Shown one piece after another: positions 12,715 to 23,777 of a DNA stretch of 48,649 nt. The notes below the pieces were generated by a model. It was given only the letters and a program-made list of their open reading frames with translations. It ran no database searches and was not told the DNA's origin. Made by a program: the position numbers and the translations under genes. Position 1 is the stretch's first letter, and each line of letters begins with the position of its first letter. Source of the DNA: Kondoa subrosea (taxonomy: Eukaryota); the NCBI GenBank assembly GCA_039545335.1, contig BCIN01000004.1, forward strand, positions 248,001 to 296,649. The letters are read 5' to 3'.

Positions 12715-13031
12715 CGGAATGAGAAAGAGAAAGAGTGTGTCAAAAGGGAGAGTATGTGATATTCAAGGGAAGTTCAAGAAAGAGAGGAAAGGAACGAATT
12801 GTTGAGGGCAAGAAGTCTCGCCGGTCACATCAGCGCTATTGGCGCTTACTTTATCTTCCGTACTTGCGACCCACGACTAGCAAAGACAGAAGTCTAAGCT
12901 CTGCATGAGAGACACATTTGGCGCCTAGAAAGCTTTGAGAACGTGTTACAGCATGTACGAGAGACAGCAGAACAAACAGCAGGAGGCAGTTTGGCCAGCT
13001 AGCGAACTGTGCATCTAGTCTTGTTCAAACG

Positions 13032-13431
13032 ACGCGTCTCACGACGTGCGGTCCCTGTCGATCAAGGACTGGAGAATATAAGTGATAAAAGCGAGAGACA
13101 GGTCTCAGAGGAAACAGGTCTTGAGCCCGCGAGGCAAATCCCGAAGTGGTTGCATGAAGAAGAAGCGCAAGGCATATACGTATATTGAGGTCTGAAGCAC
13201 CGGTGACAGGATCTTGATGCATGATGAATTTGCCGTTTTGGGGTGCCCAGTGAAGTAGTATGGTAATGGAAGACAGAGTTCGTCTATACGGCGCCTGCGC
13301 AGAGTTCGGAAGGTAGATTGCAGTTCGTTGCTCTACATAGCGCGCGTACAGGACCAACCTTGCAATCTTTATTATTTTTCTTGCCTCTCATTCTCTACCG
13401 TCCCTTCGGTCAAAACAACTCGCAAACGCGT
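13032..13431. promoter_or_regulatory. MCB (ACGCGT) elements upstream of CSM3
   Basis: ACGCGT occurs at 13032-13037 and 13426-13431, with a further CGCG near 13341. Yeast CSM3 is a G1/S MBF-type target. Function here is inferred. Confidence 0.4.
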
Positions 13432-13438
13432 GTCTGTC

Positions 13439-14897
13439 ATGTCCTCAGACTTGGATCTAGACGATTTGCCTCCTCCAAATCAGCAGCAAGCGCGTTTATT
13501 CGGTCCAGCAAGTTCGCAACCTTCATCACCAATCCAAGAACACCAATCCCCCGTGCAAGAACAAGCTCGTATTGTGCCAAAGAAACGTGTTGCTAGATTT
13601 TTAGGAGACGACGACGATGATTTAGGCGATATTAACAATTTGTTTGAAGACTTGGATGACATTCCAGATGTCTTGCCCGAACGAGTTGCAAGTAAGAAGA
13701 AGAAGAAGAGTCGGACTTCCGATGCAGACGCAGACGCAGGAGGAGGAGGAGCAGGAGGAGTAGCGGACGATAACAAATGGGATGGTGATGATTTAGGTTT
13801 GGATGGTGAAGTAGAAGGTAAGAAGAAACGAGCACCGAAACCTAAACTGGACGAAGAAAGGTTGTTGGGTGTCAATGGGTTCCCTAAGTTGAAAGAGACA
13901 GCAAAGTCTTTCAAGTTTAGCAAGAAGGGCAATGAGGTATGTCTGTCTATCCGCACTTCTTACTCTTCATCCTGATATAATGGACATTGCAGGCGGAAGA
14001 TCTCAAACGACTCATGACCATGTATCAACTTTGGGCGCATCAAATGTTCCCGGCGATGAATTTCAACGACACCGTCAATCGAGTAGAGACCTTATGCAAG
14101 AAACGCAGATTAGCTGTATGTTCTTCCTTTGTTCTCCTGCCTATTTGCTCCTTTCTCATCTTCATTGTCACTAGTCTGCATTGACTGATTGGCGAAGGGA
14201 AGCTGATGGTAGAAATCGTCAAAAGAGTAAATCTCCATCACCTGTTCCCCTCGAAGAAGAAGGAGAAGAACCTATTCCACAGCCACAGCAACATCCCCAA
14301 CAAAGTCAAAGAGGTCCATCACCCTCTTTCGATGATGATCTAGATGCGGCATTAGCTTCCACTCAAGCACCTCTTTCCCCTACTGCTTTACCTCCGCCTA
14401 TTTTACCTCCTGCAGCTACTACAGAAGACGATCTGGGATTCAACGATGATGATTTAGATGGTTTGATGGAACAAGAAAGACAAACGGCAGATGAAACTGC
14501 TATGCTAGAATTAGAAATGGAAGAATTCAATCCACCTTCTCTTCCTCCTGCCCTTCCTCAAGCTAGTACTTCCACCTCGTCGAAAGCAGTCTCAGCGGTC
14601 AAGAGTAATCACCATGGGATGGAAGACCAGTTTGATGAAGATGAAGAAGCTATGCTAGCGATGGAAAGAGAAATGGATGATATGGAGGCTACTACCTTGA
14701 AACCCAAAGAGACAGCTCCAATGGTGGTGGCGGCGGCGGCGGATGAGTTTGAAGGGATGGATTTCGGTGATGAGGAGGAAATGATGCGTGAACTGGAAGC
14801 GGCAGAATTGAAAAGCAAAGAAGCGCCTGCTACAACAAAGGAAGTTGATCGAGCGAGTGTGATACCGCCTTACGAGGAAGAAGATTTGTATGCATGA
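13439..14897 (+). CDS. CSM3: Replication fork protection factor Csm3/Swi3/Tipin, 3 exons
   Basis: Swi3 domain PKLDEERLLGVNGFPKL...KGNE|AEDLKRLMTMYQLWAHQMFPAMNFNDTVNRVETLCK, with acidic disordered tails. Confidence 0.9.
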
Positions 14898-14970
14898 ACA
14901 TTGTGATGAATCAATTAACATATATGAAAATTGATACGATATGGTAGAAAATTAATTTCTACGATCGACA

Positions 14971-15885
14971 TCAGGCATGCCCGATAATATCGTTCGCCGC
15001 TAGGAAAGCTTCATAGAGCTCTTCTGCCCATGGGTCATACCGCATTCTGAGTAGGTCCTCGCCATTGTAATAGTCTACCTCAGAATTGTATTCTTCGATT
15101 CGTCGTTCTTCCGCGTTTATTTCCTCTTTTAGTTTGACACCGATTGCCTGAAACCGATCAACTAAAGGTCTCGCGTTGTTGTAAAACTGCTGGACCTGTG
15201 AAACAAACGTTCTGAGGGATGAAATCCGGTGGAAGCAAGAGGCTAGACCAACCAATCTTCTGGCTCCTGCGAACGTCATTTCTTTTGGCCAATTACCGGC
15301 ATGATATATATCGGGCCATGAGCCACAGTACTTGACTGCCGCTGTTGAAAGAGCGGGTTGAGATAGTTTATATCCTATAACATATGCTTCGAAAGCGTTT
15401 TCGTTCAATTCCGTTCTGTCTACTGAGTCCATCGGGGTAAGATGAGGAGCACTGATACCTTTCTTGAAATGTAACATACATCGATGGTCCATGTCTGGCT
15501 TCTTCCCCCTGCGCTCAAGCGATTCAATCATCTGTTGCGTACCCGCTTGAAGTAATCGAGGGCAGCCCATCTTATCTCCCAGTGCTACTACACTTGACAG
15601 CTCTTCCCAATTCAGTTGATCAAGCAAATAGACTAGGGAAGAGTAGCAATTGTGAAGCAAGATATCGAGCAATTGAGTAGATTCAGTCATTTGTTGCACT
15701 CTTGGTAGAGAACCTAGCTCTGTAGGTTGCGGCGAGGCATCGGAGAAGAGTGTCCAGAAGAGTGTACAGTTCGCTATCAGAAACGCCTTGTGCGTTGGAA
15801 ACGCATGGCCAGAAGAGGAGACCAGCTCGACATCTGGACCAGGGACAGGTGCGACGAAGCGATGCTCATAGACAGTAGTCGACAT
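14971..15885 (-). CDS. BTB/POZ-domain protein (basidiomycete expanded type)
   Basis: 'PDVELVSSSGHAFPTHKAFLIANCTLFWTLFSD...LPRVQQMTESTQLLDILL' matches the fungal BTB N-terminal pattern. Confidence 0.75.
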   Translation of the reverse strand: MSTTVYEHRFVAPVPGPDVELVSSSGHAFPTHKAFLIANCTLFWTLFSDASPQPTELGSLPRVQQMTESTQLLDILLHNCYSSLVYLLDQLNWEELSSVVALGDKMGCPRLLQAGTQQMIESLERRGKKPDMDHRCMLHFKKGISAPHLTPMDSVDRTELNENAFEAYVIGYKLSQPALSTAAVKYCGSWPDIYHAGNWPKEMTFAGARRLVGLASCFHRISSLRTFVSQVQQFYNNARPLVDRFQAIGVKLKEEINAEERRIEEYNSEVDYYNGEDLLRMRYDPWAEELYEAFLAANDIIGHA

Positions 15886-16069
15886 TGAGTACAATCCGCG
15901 CGGTGGTGTGTAACCAAAATGCGATTTCTTGCTCGTGGAAGAAAGTCGGTGCTCGGTATTGACAGTACAGTGGACCACAGACTACAGACATCTGCGCAGG
16001 TATAATTGCAAAAGCGAAGACTGTATTGCCGTTTGTGTTCAACCTTGCTCTCAACTTGAATCAGCCAAT

Positions 16070-16385
16070 ATGCACGCCTCCGCCCTGCATCTATCCCGAC
16101 TGGCACCTAAACCGATCAGAGCTCTACCTAATCGTCTAATAAGACTACCAACTCCTAAAGCACCAGCACCATTGCCGACTAAAGAAATCTTAGTTTTGAA
16201 AGCGGATGAGTTTGAAGGGAGAGTGCCATTAAATTTGAGGGTGGAAGCTTGTGATGGGAATAGGAAATCAGGGAGATATGATATGCCTTCGGCAGCTAGG
16301 GCAATGGTGCGCTTCCAAGTGTCGCCTAAGTTTGTGCATTCGTCTGATTCGGTAAATCCAGTTCAAGCAATTTGCAAGAGAATAG
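16070..16385 (+). CDS. Small (86 aa) hypothetical protein with a presequence-like N-terminus, 2 exons (intron 16307-16361)
   Basis: MHASALHLSRLAPKPIRALPNRLIRL...NLRVE...SAARAM|FKQFARE*. The intron is canonical GT-AG and codon usage is gene-like. Confidence 0.65.
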
Positions 16386-16520
16386 ATACGTAGGGCCGAC
16401 AGGAGATATGAAGAGCTGGTCTCTCTTGGACATTATTGTGGAACAGTGTATATGTACAGGAAATGTTTTGCGGCATCCAAATGCAACCCAAAAGAAAACC
16501 CTCTAAAATGACGATGCTTG

Positions 16521-17017
16521 CTACGACTCGCTCGCTTTCTGCAGTAGTACACCTCTATGTTGAATGTTCATAAAACCCGACCTTGAATCCAATTGATCTA
16601 TAGTTCTGCTCAAAATTCGTAATCAAATGATTTCGCGTTGTAAGGACAAAGAGGACACACTTTTGACGATAATCATGCTCCCAAGTAATGTTCTCCAATG
16701 GTGTAGCAGTGAGTACAACGCCCCAAAGAAGTAAAATGAAAGAAGCAGCAATTTCCAGCGTTGTCTGTCATACAGACCACTCAGACCAGAGACTCAGCTA
16801 CGGCAAACGGAGGCACACATCTGATGTATAGAAGCTATAAGGTTCTCCTATTGATCGCAGAGCAGCTCTGACTATTCACAACAGAATGAGCATCAAGCAA
16901 GAATACTAAGGAAACGCGGAAAGACGGACGTTCGTAGGTCGAGTAACCAGCATGGAAGAAGAGAATAGAGCCTATCCAGAGCAGGAATTTCCCAAAGGAC
17001 TGCGAGGCAGAAGGCAT
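16521..17017 (-). CDS. EMC5: ER membrane protein complex subunit 5 / MMgT family, multi-exon
   Basis: MPSASQSFGKFLLWIGSILFFHAGYSTYE...TLEIAASFILLLWGVVLTATPLENITWE...TIDQLDSRSGFMNIQHRG. Confidence 0.85.
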
Positions 17018-17287
17018 TGGTCGAGGTCGTTTGCGGAACAGCAATGAGATAATTAAATAGTGCTGTCAATCTAAAACAGGTTACATGATGCTAGGTATAC
17101 ATATGCCATCAATCCATCTCTAGCGCTCACTTGCTAGAACTTGTGATTCCAACCGACCCCTGAAACCCAAAATCATTCGCGACGACATGCTCCCCTTTCG
17201 CGCTTGTGGTTTAACAATAGTATGAGACAGACTTCGAGTCGCCAAATACTATGATATTTGATGAACCTTGCAGAACAATGCAAGAGT

Positions 17288-17550
17288 TCAGCTTGCCGTT
17301 GCTGAAAAGGGGACGTAATCTTCGCCCAACAAGGCTCGAAGGCGCATTTTATCATGTTCCATAGCGTTCCTACACACGTTCGCATCAGCTCCTGACTCGT
17401 GTCTATCAAGCGAATCGAAGAGCTCACTGAAGGAATAATCTCAATCTCTCATCCTGATCTAGGAATTCAGGCGTAACAGATCCGCTAACATCTGTTGTAT
17501 CAGCTATCCTATCCCAACGTATATTAGATATAGGATAGCTCACGCTTCAT
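17288..17550 (-). CDS. Putative spliced 50-aa microprotein (exons 17550-17544, 17491-17428, 17369-17288)
   Basis: Two canonical introns (gtgagc...gctgat...cag, 52 nt; gtgagc...gctgat...tag, 58 nt) join MKHVSGSVTPEFLDQDERLRLFLQNAMEHDKMRLRALLGEDYVPFSATAS*. A CT-rich promoter-like tract lies upstream near 17660-17700. Confidence 0.5.
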
Positions 17551-18058
17551 GTGTATAGTGATAAGGCGCAGTAGGGGTTTCACTCGGTCTTATCTCTTGC
17601 ATTCCAGGCATCCAGAAAGGAATGATAGGGGTAATTGTGAGATCACACGCGAGAAGAAATGAAGATGGTTGGAAGAGAGCGAGAGAGAGAGAGAGCGCGG
17701 TAGGGATTCGTTCCTGCTCAAAAATAGAATCAGTCCTGCGTCTGGATGGTTTCGAAAACTTGTATGGACTGACTTTTATGTATTTGCAATTCAGAAAATG
17801 GTGTGATTTCGAAATGAGGAAGAGGAGTGGTTTGGGAAAAAAGAAATAGCTGGCTTGGGAAGTCAAAACTTGACAATGCAGCAAGGGGAATCTCGACTTG
17901 CGATCTCGAGCTGCCCAGGGGCTTGACCTATTCATGCATGCCAGGTACTAATAAAAGACTTCTCGTACGATGAGTGTTTGCAAAGCGATAGAAACCCGTG
18001 AGTGAACTGACCGATTGGGATGGCTACAAAACTATGATTCAAAATCCCGCTCCCCAAG

Positions 18059-19373
18059 TCAATGCTTGCAATCGCTCGAAATTTTTTGCTTGGAGCTTGA
18101 TGTTAAGCAAGATGCCACTGGGTTCTTTGACAAGAAAGGAACGCGTTTCAATTTGGGCCCGAGCAGAAATTTTTCAGTATAGAACTCACGAGCTCCACTA
18201 TCTACGCTGACTACCATGATATACGTGTTCGGACTCAGCACGGCCAATACTGCAGTATATGACCGATGCTTGATTTCCATTGATTGGAACTCGATCCTTA
18301 ACATTCGTCTGTAGGCATGAAGCTCCAATTAGATTAGACACATCTAGATCACAACATGTACTGACTTGCAACTCAGACGAAACATCTTGATACACTGCGA
18401 GATCTTCTCGAAGCGTTCTGCTTCCCAAGCTTTATCTTTCTCTATTTGTTCGTCTGTACTCCGGCTTATAACTAGGAAAGTAGTTCGCTCGAATAAGACC
18501 ACTTCAGAAGCTTTGCAAACTTGAGCGAAAGCGTCCAAATGCGTTCGCAATGTGGAGACATTCGGTATGAGCGTTGATACGATTTGAGACCATGCCTATT
18601 CTTGATTAGCCTGACGTGATGCAGCCTCAGAGAAAGATGGAATATACCTTGTACAGAGTCTCGTTCCATATACTTGTACCAAAGATTCTGACACCTTGGA
18701 AATCAACAGCTTTGCATCTATTCCTTATCTCTTCACTCTTCTTGGCAAAGATCTGTTCTTTGTTCGTCTGCTGAACCAAATCCATCTTATGTATTAAAAC
18801 ATGAACGAAAGGACCAGAGGTTTGCACCGCTTCACCATTATCGGCTGTGACTGAATTGCCAGGTTTACCGGAAAAGGATCGTAAAGCAGTGAGGCATTCA
18901 ACAAAATAATCAAGATCAGATGTACTGAAGGCAGGTGATTCTACGTCGAAGATGTATATAAGAGAATGCACTTGACGGAAGATGCTATCTTGGCGGTTGT
19001 TCAAGAAGTCGTCCATGAAGCCTAGCAGGACACATTAGCTGACACATGGAAGATGTGTCAAACGGCGTCGCATACTCTCTTGCCCTCCGCAGTCCCATAG
19101 ATCCAATCGCAAATCCCCGAGAAACTTGATATTGCTCATTTCAATGTCTATCGTTGCTCCAAAGCGTCGAGTATCGCTTGCAACCTGATTCGAGAAGCTG
19201 TACGATGCCTCTTCAGCTCTATACAGCCTGGACTGAGAGGTAACAAGACTTGCATAATAGAACGCATTGATGTTTTGCCAGAACCAGATCTGCCCATCAG
19301 CAGGACCTGCAATTCATGTGAGCTAGCAATACGCTGACCAGACAACCTATTGCACCTTTTTCTTCGCGCTCAT
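18059..19373 (-). CDS. GTR1: Rag GTPase Gtr1/RagA, multi-exon
   Basis: KKVLLMGRSGSGKTSMRSIIFSN, LWDCGGQ, HKMDL, TSIWNETLYK, VVLFERTTFLVI and RFEKISQCIKMF. Confidence 0.95.
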
Positions 19374-19549
19374 GTCTGTTTCTGAAAGCTTCGTCGATGG
19401 GCAAGCTTCAAGTGTTCAGAATGCGATGGTAGGCTCTGCTTTGTCATACTTCATGCGTGCGTATACGTGCCAGTGCTAGTATTACATTACATTACTATAC
19501 AATACATACAAATGCAAATAATTTAGATAATCTAATGCGCGCTTGACCC

Positions 19550-20539
19550 TCAAGCATTAGTTGCGCCCTCTTGTCTTGATATAGCTAATGTGCAAATGTT
19601 CCATGCGTTTTCTAAAGACCACCAAAGTTCTTCTGAGCCAATTTCAAGATCTATGACCACTCCACGAAGATCAGTTATCCGACGAATACTGCTCACCTGT
19701 GGAACGATATCATTGTTAGCGAATGTAGAATCGAAACGAACCATGGCACCTACGATAGTCTGATGGTCGCAAGAAGTAACCTCATTCACCAATGCGTTCA
19801 CATCGTCCCCATCATAGTCTTCTAATAATCCCGCTATCTCTCTTGTGCTGGGTAATAATCGACTGAGCAGCTGAAAAGAATCGAAAACATGTGCAAAGTC
19901 GTTAAGAAGAGAAAGAGATTCCATGCTGCAATTCGATGATAGGTTTATAGTTGCGACCGGAAGTATTAAAGGTTGATCTGAAGTTGTAGATAAAGAGGGC
20001 GCTTTGGCAAGATGCGCTAGTCTAGGTGAAAGAAGAGCATATAGTAGGCCATGCGTGGCGAAGAAGGAGACATGATTGCTGGTGGAATTCCGAAAAGCGA
20101 TAACATAATTAGGAAGAATGCTTGTATTCGATCCAGGTTCATATTCAAGAAAGACAGGTATACTTGCATTCCGGTTTGGTGGTAATTTGAGCTGACCATT
20201 CCCTTCGAGCAGTATAGGCGCTAGATTTCTTAACTGGTCGACCACATAGGATATTGGAACTTGATCGAGCTCGACGTCTTTCACGGATAGCTCAAAGACA
20301 TTGACAGATCGGAGTGAAGATGGTTTAAATCGAGCTGTAGAGGATTGAGAGGAAGAAAGTGCGCCTGCCGGTGTCATGCTGTGGGAGGTGCAACTGGAGG
20401 CTGTTGTGGAGTCGAAAAATGTTGCAGATGAAGGACTACTTTCTCCAGAGTCCCGTGCATGGTAACACTATCCATGTTTATAGTCAGATCCCCAGAATTA
20501 TTTGATGTGCTTGAGGGAAAGGCAGGGACTGACTTCCAT
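19550..20539 (-). CDS. Clampless1 (Clp1)-like basidiomycete protein
   Basis: Segments 'VPISYVVDQL', 'FFATHGLLYA', 'LPVATINL', 'LLSRLLP' and the C-terminal 'LEIGSEELWWSLENAWNICTLAI' resemble my recollection of the Coprinopsis/Ustilago Clp1 family. A 2-codon first exon (ATG at 20539) splices in frame to the main ORF. Confidence 0.65.
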
Positions 20540-21124
20540 ACTACTTGACCAAGCCAAAAAAGAAGAAAAAATCGTGTTCTGCGATAGCGGAGAAGAACAG
20601 GACCACCACCAAAGATTTGAAATCGCTAGCAGGGAGGCGAAAAGTTCCAAGGCGATGGACAAACGTATCGAATTATAAGACCATCGGGTCCACCAATTGT
20701 GTACCTCGGTGGGTCGGGCGGTTCTCGGAAGACTTCCAGTTGACTTGGATGGGACGATCCCTATAGCGAGTGCCTTGGCGAGCGGGATCGCAAGGGAGCT
20801 GGGTAGTAGCTGGGTATAGAATGGACAGATTCACCAAAACTTTCGCAACCCAGCTTGTGTTATCGACGCAGGGTTTTACAATGGCCATTAGAATGAGATT
20901 CAGGGAGCAGGAAGCCCTCCAGCCAGCTCCAGCCGATCAGACATCGGTGCATTCATTCCTGTGTCCACACGCGTGATTACCGAGGTTAACGGCGACAAAC
21001 TATATTGTGTAAACTTGCACAAAAGAACCGAAAAAGAGGTTGTCAGGCGATCAATAATGGCTCAGACTAGACTTGTATGGCACAGCCTGAGACAGTACCC
21101 GTTTTGGATTTGCAAGTGATCAGC

Positions 21125-21484
21125 TCATCTAGCCGTCGGGAGCAACAACCCAGAAACGAGAGCAGAGTAGCAATGCATCGAGCAAAAGGAGAGGGAACGA
21201 TTGGAGCTCGAATCACAAGGTGCGGGAGTCCTGCAGACTGGGCAGCCGTCTCGCGATATCGAAATCCCAACATAGAAATCGAGAAATCCCATCTTCGCTG
21301 GTTTCTGTGAACCACCGAAAGAACATGAAGTGCTGATTTCAAGCTGCTGCTGTCTAAGCACTGTATACCCTGTCCCGTTGTAGCGGTGTCAGCTCTGCGA
21401 TAATGTGAGTGTCGCGGTCCTTGACTCACTTTCGAATGTGCCAAACTTTTCTACTCGCTCTTGATGAAACTCGATATATCGCAT
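21125..21484 (-). CDS. Putative spliced 99-aa protein with a CxxC-x16-CxxxC (FCS-like) motif, intron 21429-21370
   Basis: A canonical gtgagt...gctgac...cag intron joins MRYIEFHQERVEKFGTFE in frame to RYTVLRQQQ...GCPVCRTPAPCDSSSNRSLSFCSMHCYSAL. Confidence 0.4.
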
Positions 21485-21629
21485 GTTAGACTGCTGAGGG
21501 TTCTTCCTTTGATGAATCCAATCCAAAAGACAATTTGCACGTCAGTCTGAGGCTTCTCTAATATTTATTTTTCGCTATTGCAAAAGTCTGTTAATGTGGT
21601 AGACCGGAGCTGATTCAGGTGAACAATAG

Positions 21630-23566
21630 ATGACCACAGATCAGAATGTCTTGGCAGATATTTCGGGCGTCTACACATTTCTGGATCAGCTACCCGAGCG
21701 AACTTTGGCTCGACTGTATCAAAAGCCTAGCAGCTGTCTGACGATTTTCCGGTGAGCCTGGTCTCCGAGTCTTTGCTACAAAAGGTTGACATGCGCGCAG
21801 TCTTCTTCCTGTCTACGCTCGACACATCGTGCTTGATTTGCTATGGCATGACACGCCCTTCAAATTATCGGAAATAGAGGTCATCTTTAGAAAAGCAGAG
21901 GGCAAGAGGTCCGCTCTGGTCACATGCAATATTATCTTCCAAATTCTCATTGCTCCTGGCAGACAACTAGATACCTCTATCGCTGCCTTGACTCGTCTTC
22001 ATATCCTGACTGTTGATGAAGATGTCCTTTCTTTCGACGATTCCTTTCGCTCGCATTTTCGGCAGGCTCTGACTGGAGGGTATGCTTTGTTTACTCGTGC
22101 AGCGATTAAAAGTCACGCCTGGTATATAGAGGCGATCATCAATCTTTCGGTGTTCCCTCATCCGACCCAGACTCTCATGCTGTCGACGTCGCTTTCCTAG
22201 ACAAGTATGCAAATGACCAATGGGAGGTCAGCTTCACATCGACTTACTTGTTCATCACTCAAGGCGTTTACAGACCATTTTACATTTCATGGTCGGATCA
22301 GATCGGACAATCAAACCCAACGACACTGTGCTAGCTCTTTTGGAACAAGGAAATCTTATGGTTCAATCGTGAGTATCTTTGCGACCTACTCAGCCTGAAT
22401 GCACCTGAATCATGCATAGCGGCACGCGTGGGAATATGATCATTACTTCCAGGGGCTTCCAATTTTTGCTTGAGGAGGTCAACACTCAGCTTTGGGGGCT
22501 GCTGTTGAAATATCTTGAGATGGCAGAGGTAGGCTGACCTCGTTAGCTTGGCATCATTTTATTAATCGCGTCAGGCTCGCGAAATGGATCTAGTAGAAGT
22601 GCTTGGGTTCCTTTTCATGCTCGGCAGTCTTGAACTAGGAAGAGTAAGCTCTCTTTGTGTGCTCGAAGGTCAACACTGACTCAGAAGCAGGACTACTCTA
22701 CTTCGAACCTTTCGCCTGGGCAGAGACAAATGTTGCAAGACTTGAGTGCTTACGGTCTGATCTATCAGCGCAAAGTAGGTCATATAGCTCTATGCAACGT
22801 TGAGGTACTCATTGCCCTCACAGAGCACATCAAGTCGTTTCTATCCAACCCGCCTCGCAACTACGCTTACTTCTTCTGCTCCGCCTTTGATCTCAGCTTC
22901 ACATGCAGAAGAGGAGAAAGGTTTCTTGATCCTTGAGACTAACTACCGAGTCTATGCTTATACTAGTATGTGCTACTGTCTCCATGTTTTAAACTATATT
23001 AATCATACTATCTAGGCAATCCTTTACAAATCGCTGTTCTTAATCTCTTCATTACACTCAAAGCTCGCTTTGCTAATCTGGTCATTGGCTCGATTACAAG
23101 AGAGAGCGTAAAAGCTGCTCTGAAAAATGGCATTACAGCGGAACAGGTAAGTTTGCGCTTGAAACATCTATTTCTCGGCTGATTATAGTTGCAGATTGTT
23201 GCCTATCTTAATGCACATGCACATCCGCAGATGAGAAAGCAGGTAAAGTTCGTGACTATACTTGAACTTCAACCTTTGATGCTCGAGCAGGATCCTTTAC
23301 TTCCACCAACTGTAACGGACCAGATCAGACTATGGGAACTAGAGAAAAACCGAGTTCAATCAAGCAATGGTTACCTGTATGACGATTTCCGGGCTGAAGG
23401 GGATTTCAAACTCGTTCGAGATTACGCTCGACAATTGGATGTGGTCGTTTGGGAAGCTTCACCTGATTTACCACAACCTGCATGTTGGCGATTGTTTGTT
23501 ACTGAAGAAGGACATCCGCCTATCAGGGATTACATCAAGAGACGAATGGCCGCGCCGCAGAGATAA
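21630..23566 (+). CDS. TFB2: TFIIH core subunit Tfb2/p52, multi-exon
   Basis: [56 protein letters not shown] and [17 protein letters not shown]. Confidence 0.95.
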
Positions 23567-23777
23567 TGATCGCGAGTTTGTGACCAATTTTTCGGATCAG
23601 ACATTTGTATATAGCGGAACATATGCACTCCATTGATCGAAGCATGAGCTTTCAAAGACGATTTAACAGAACTTGAATAAATCTCACAAGTCCTCGCAGA
23701 CTCGCGCTGAATGCAGTTTCTTTCTCGAGCCACGACACTGGGCTAAGATATACCTCTGGCGACAACGGGAATACCAC

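Noticed and set aside
13021..13357. ORFs on both strands upstream of CSM3
   Set aside because: There is no convincing ATG, splice support or recognisable motif. Treated as intergenic or promoter sequence.
17060..17950. Cluster of short hairpins suggesting telomerase RNA, SRP RNA, RNase P/MRP or snR30
   Set aside because: I found no TTAGGG template, no proper SRP helix-8, no CR-I/CR-V motifs and no ordered m1/m2 motifs. Canonical introns and a small ORF explain the region better.
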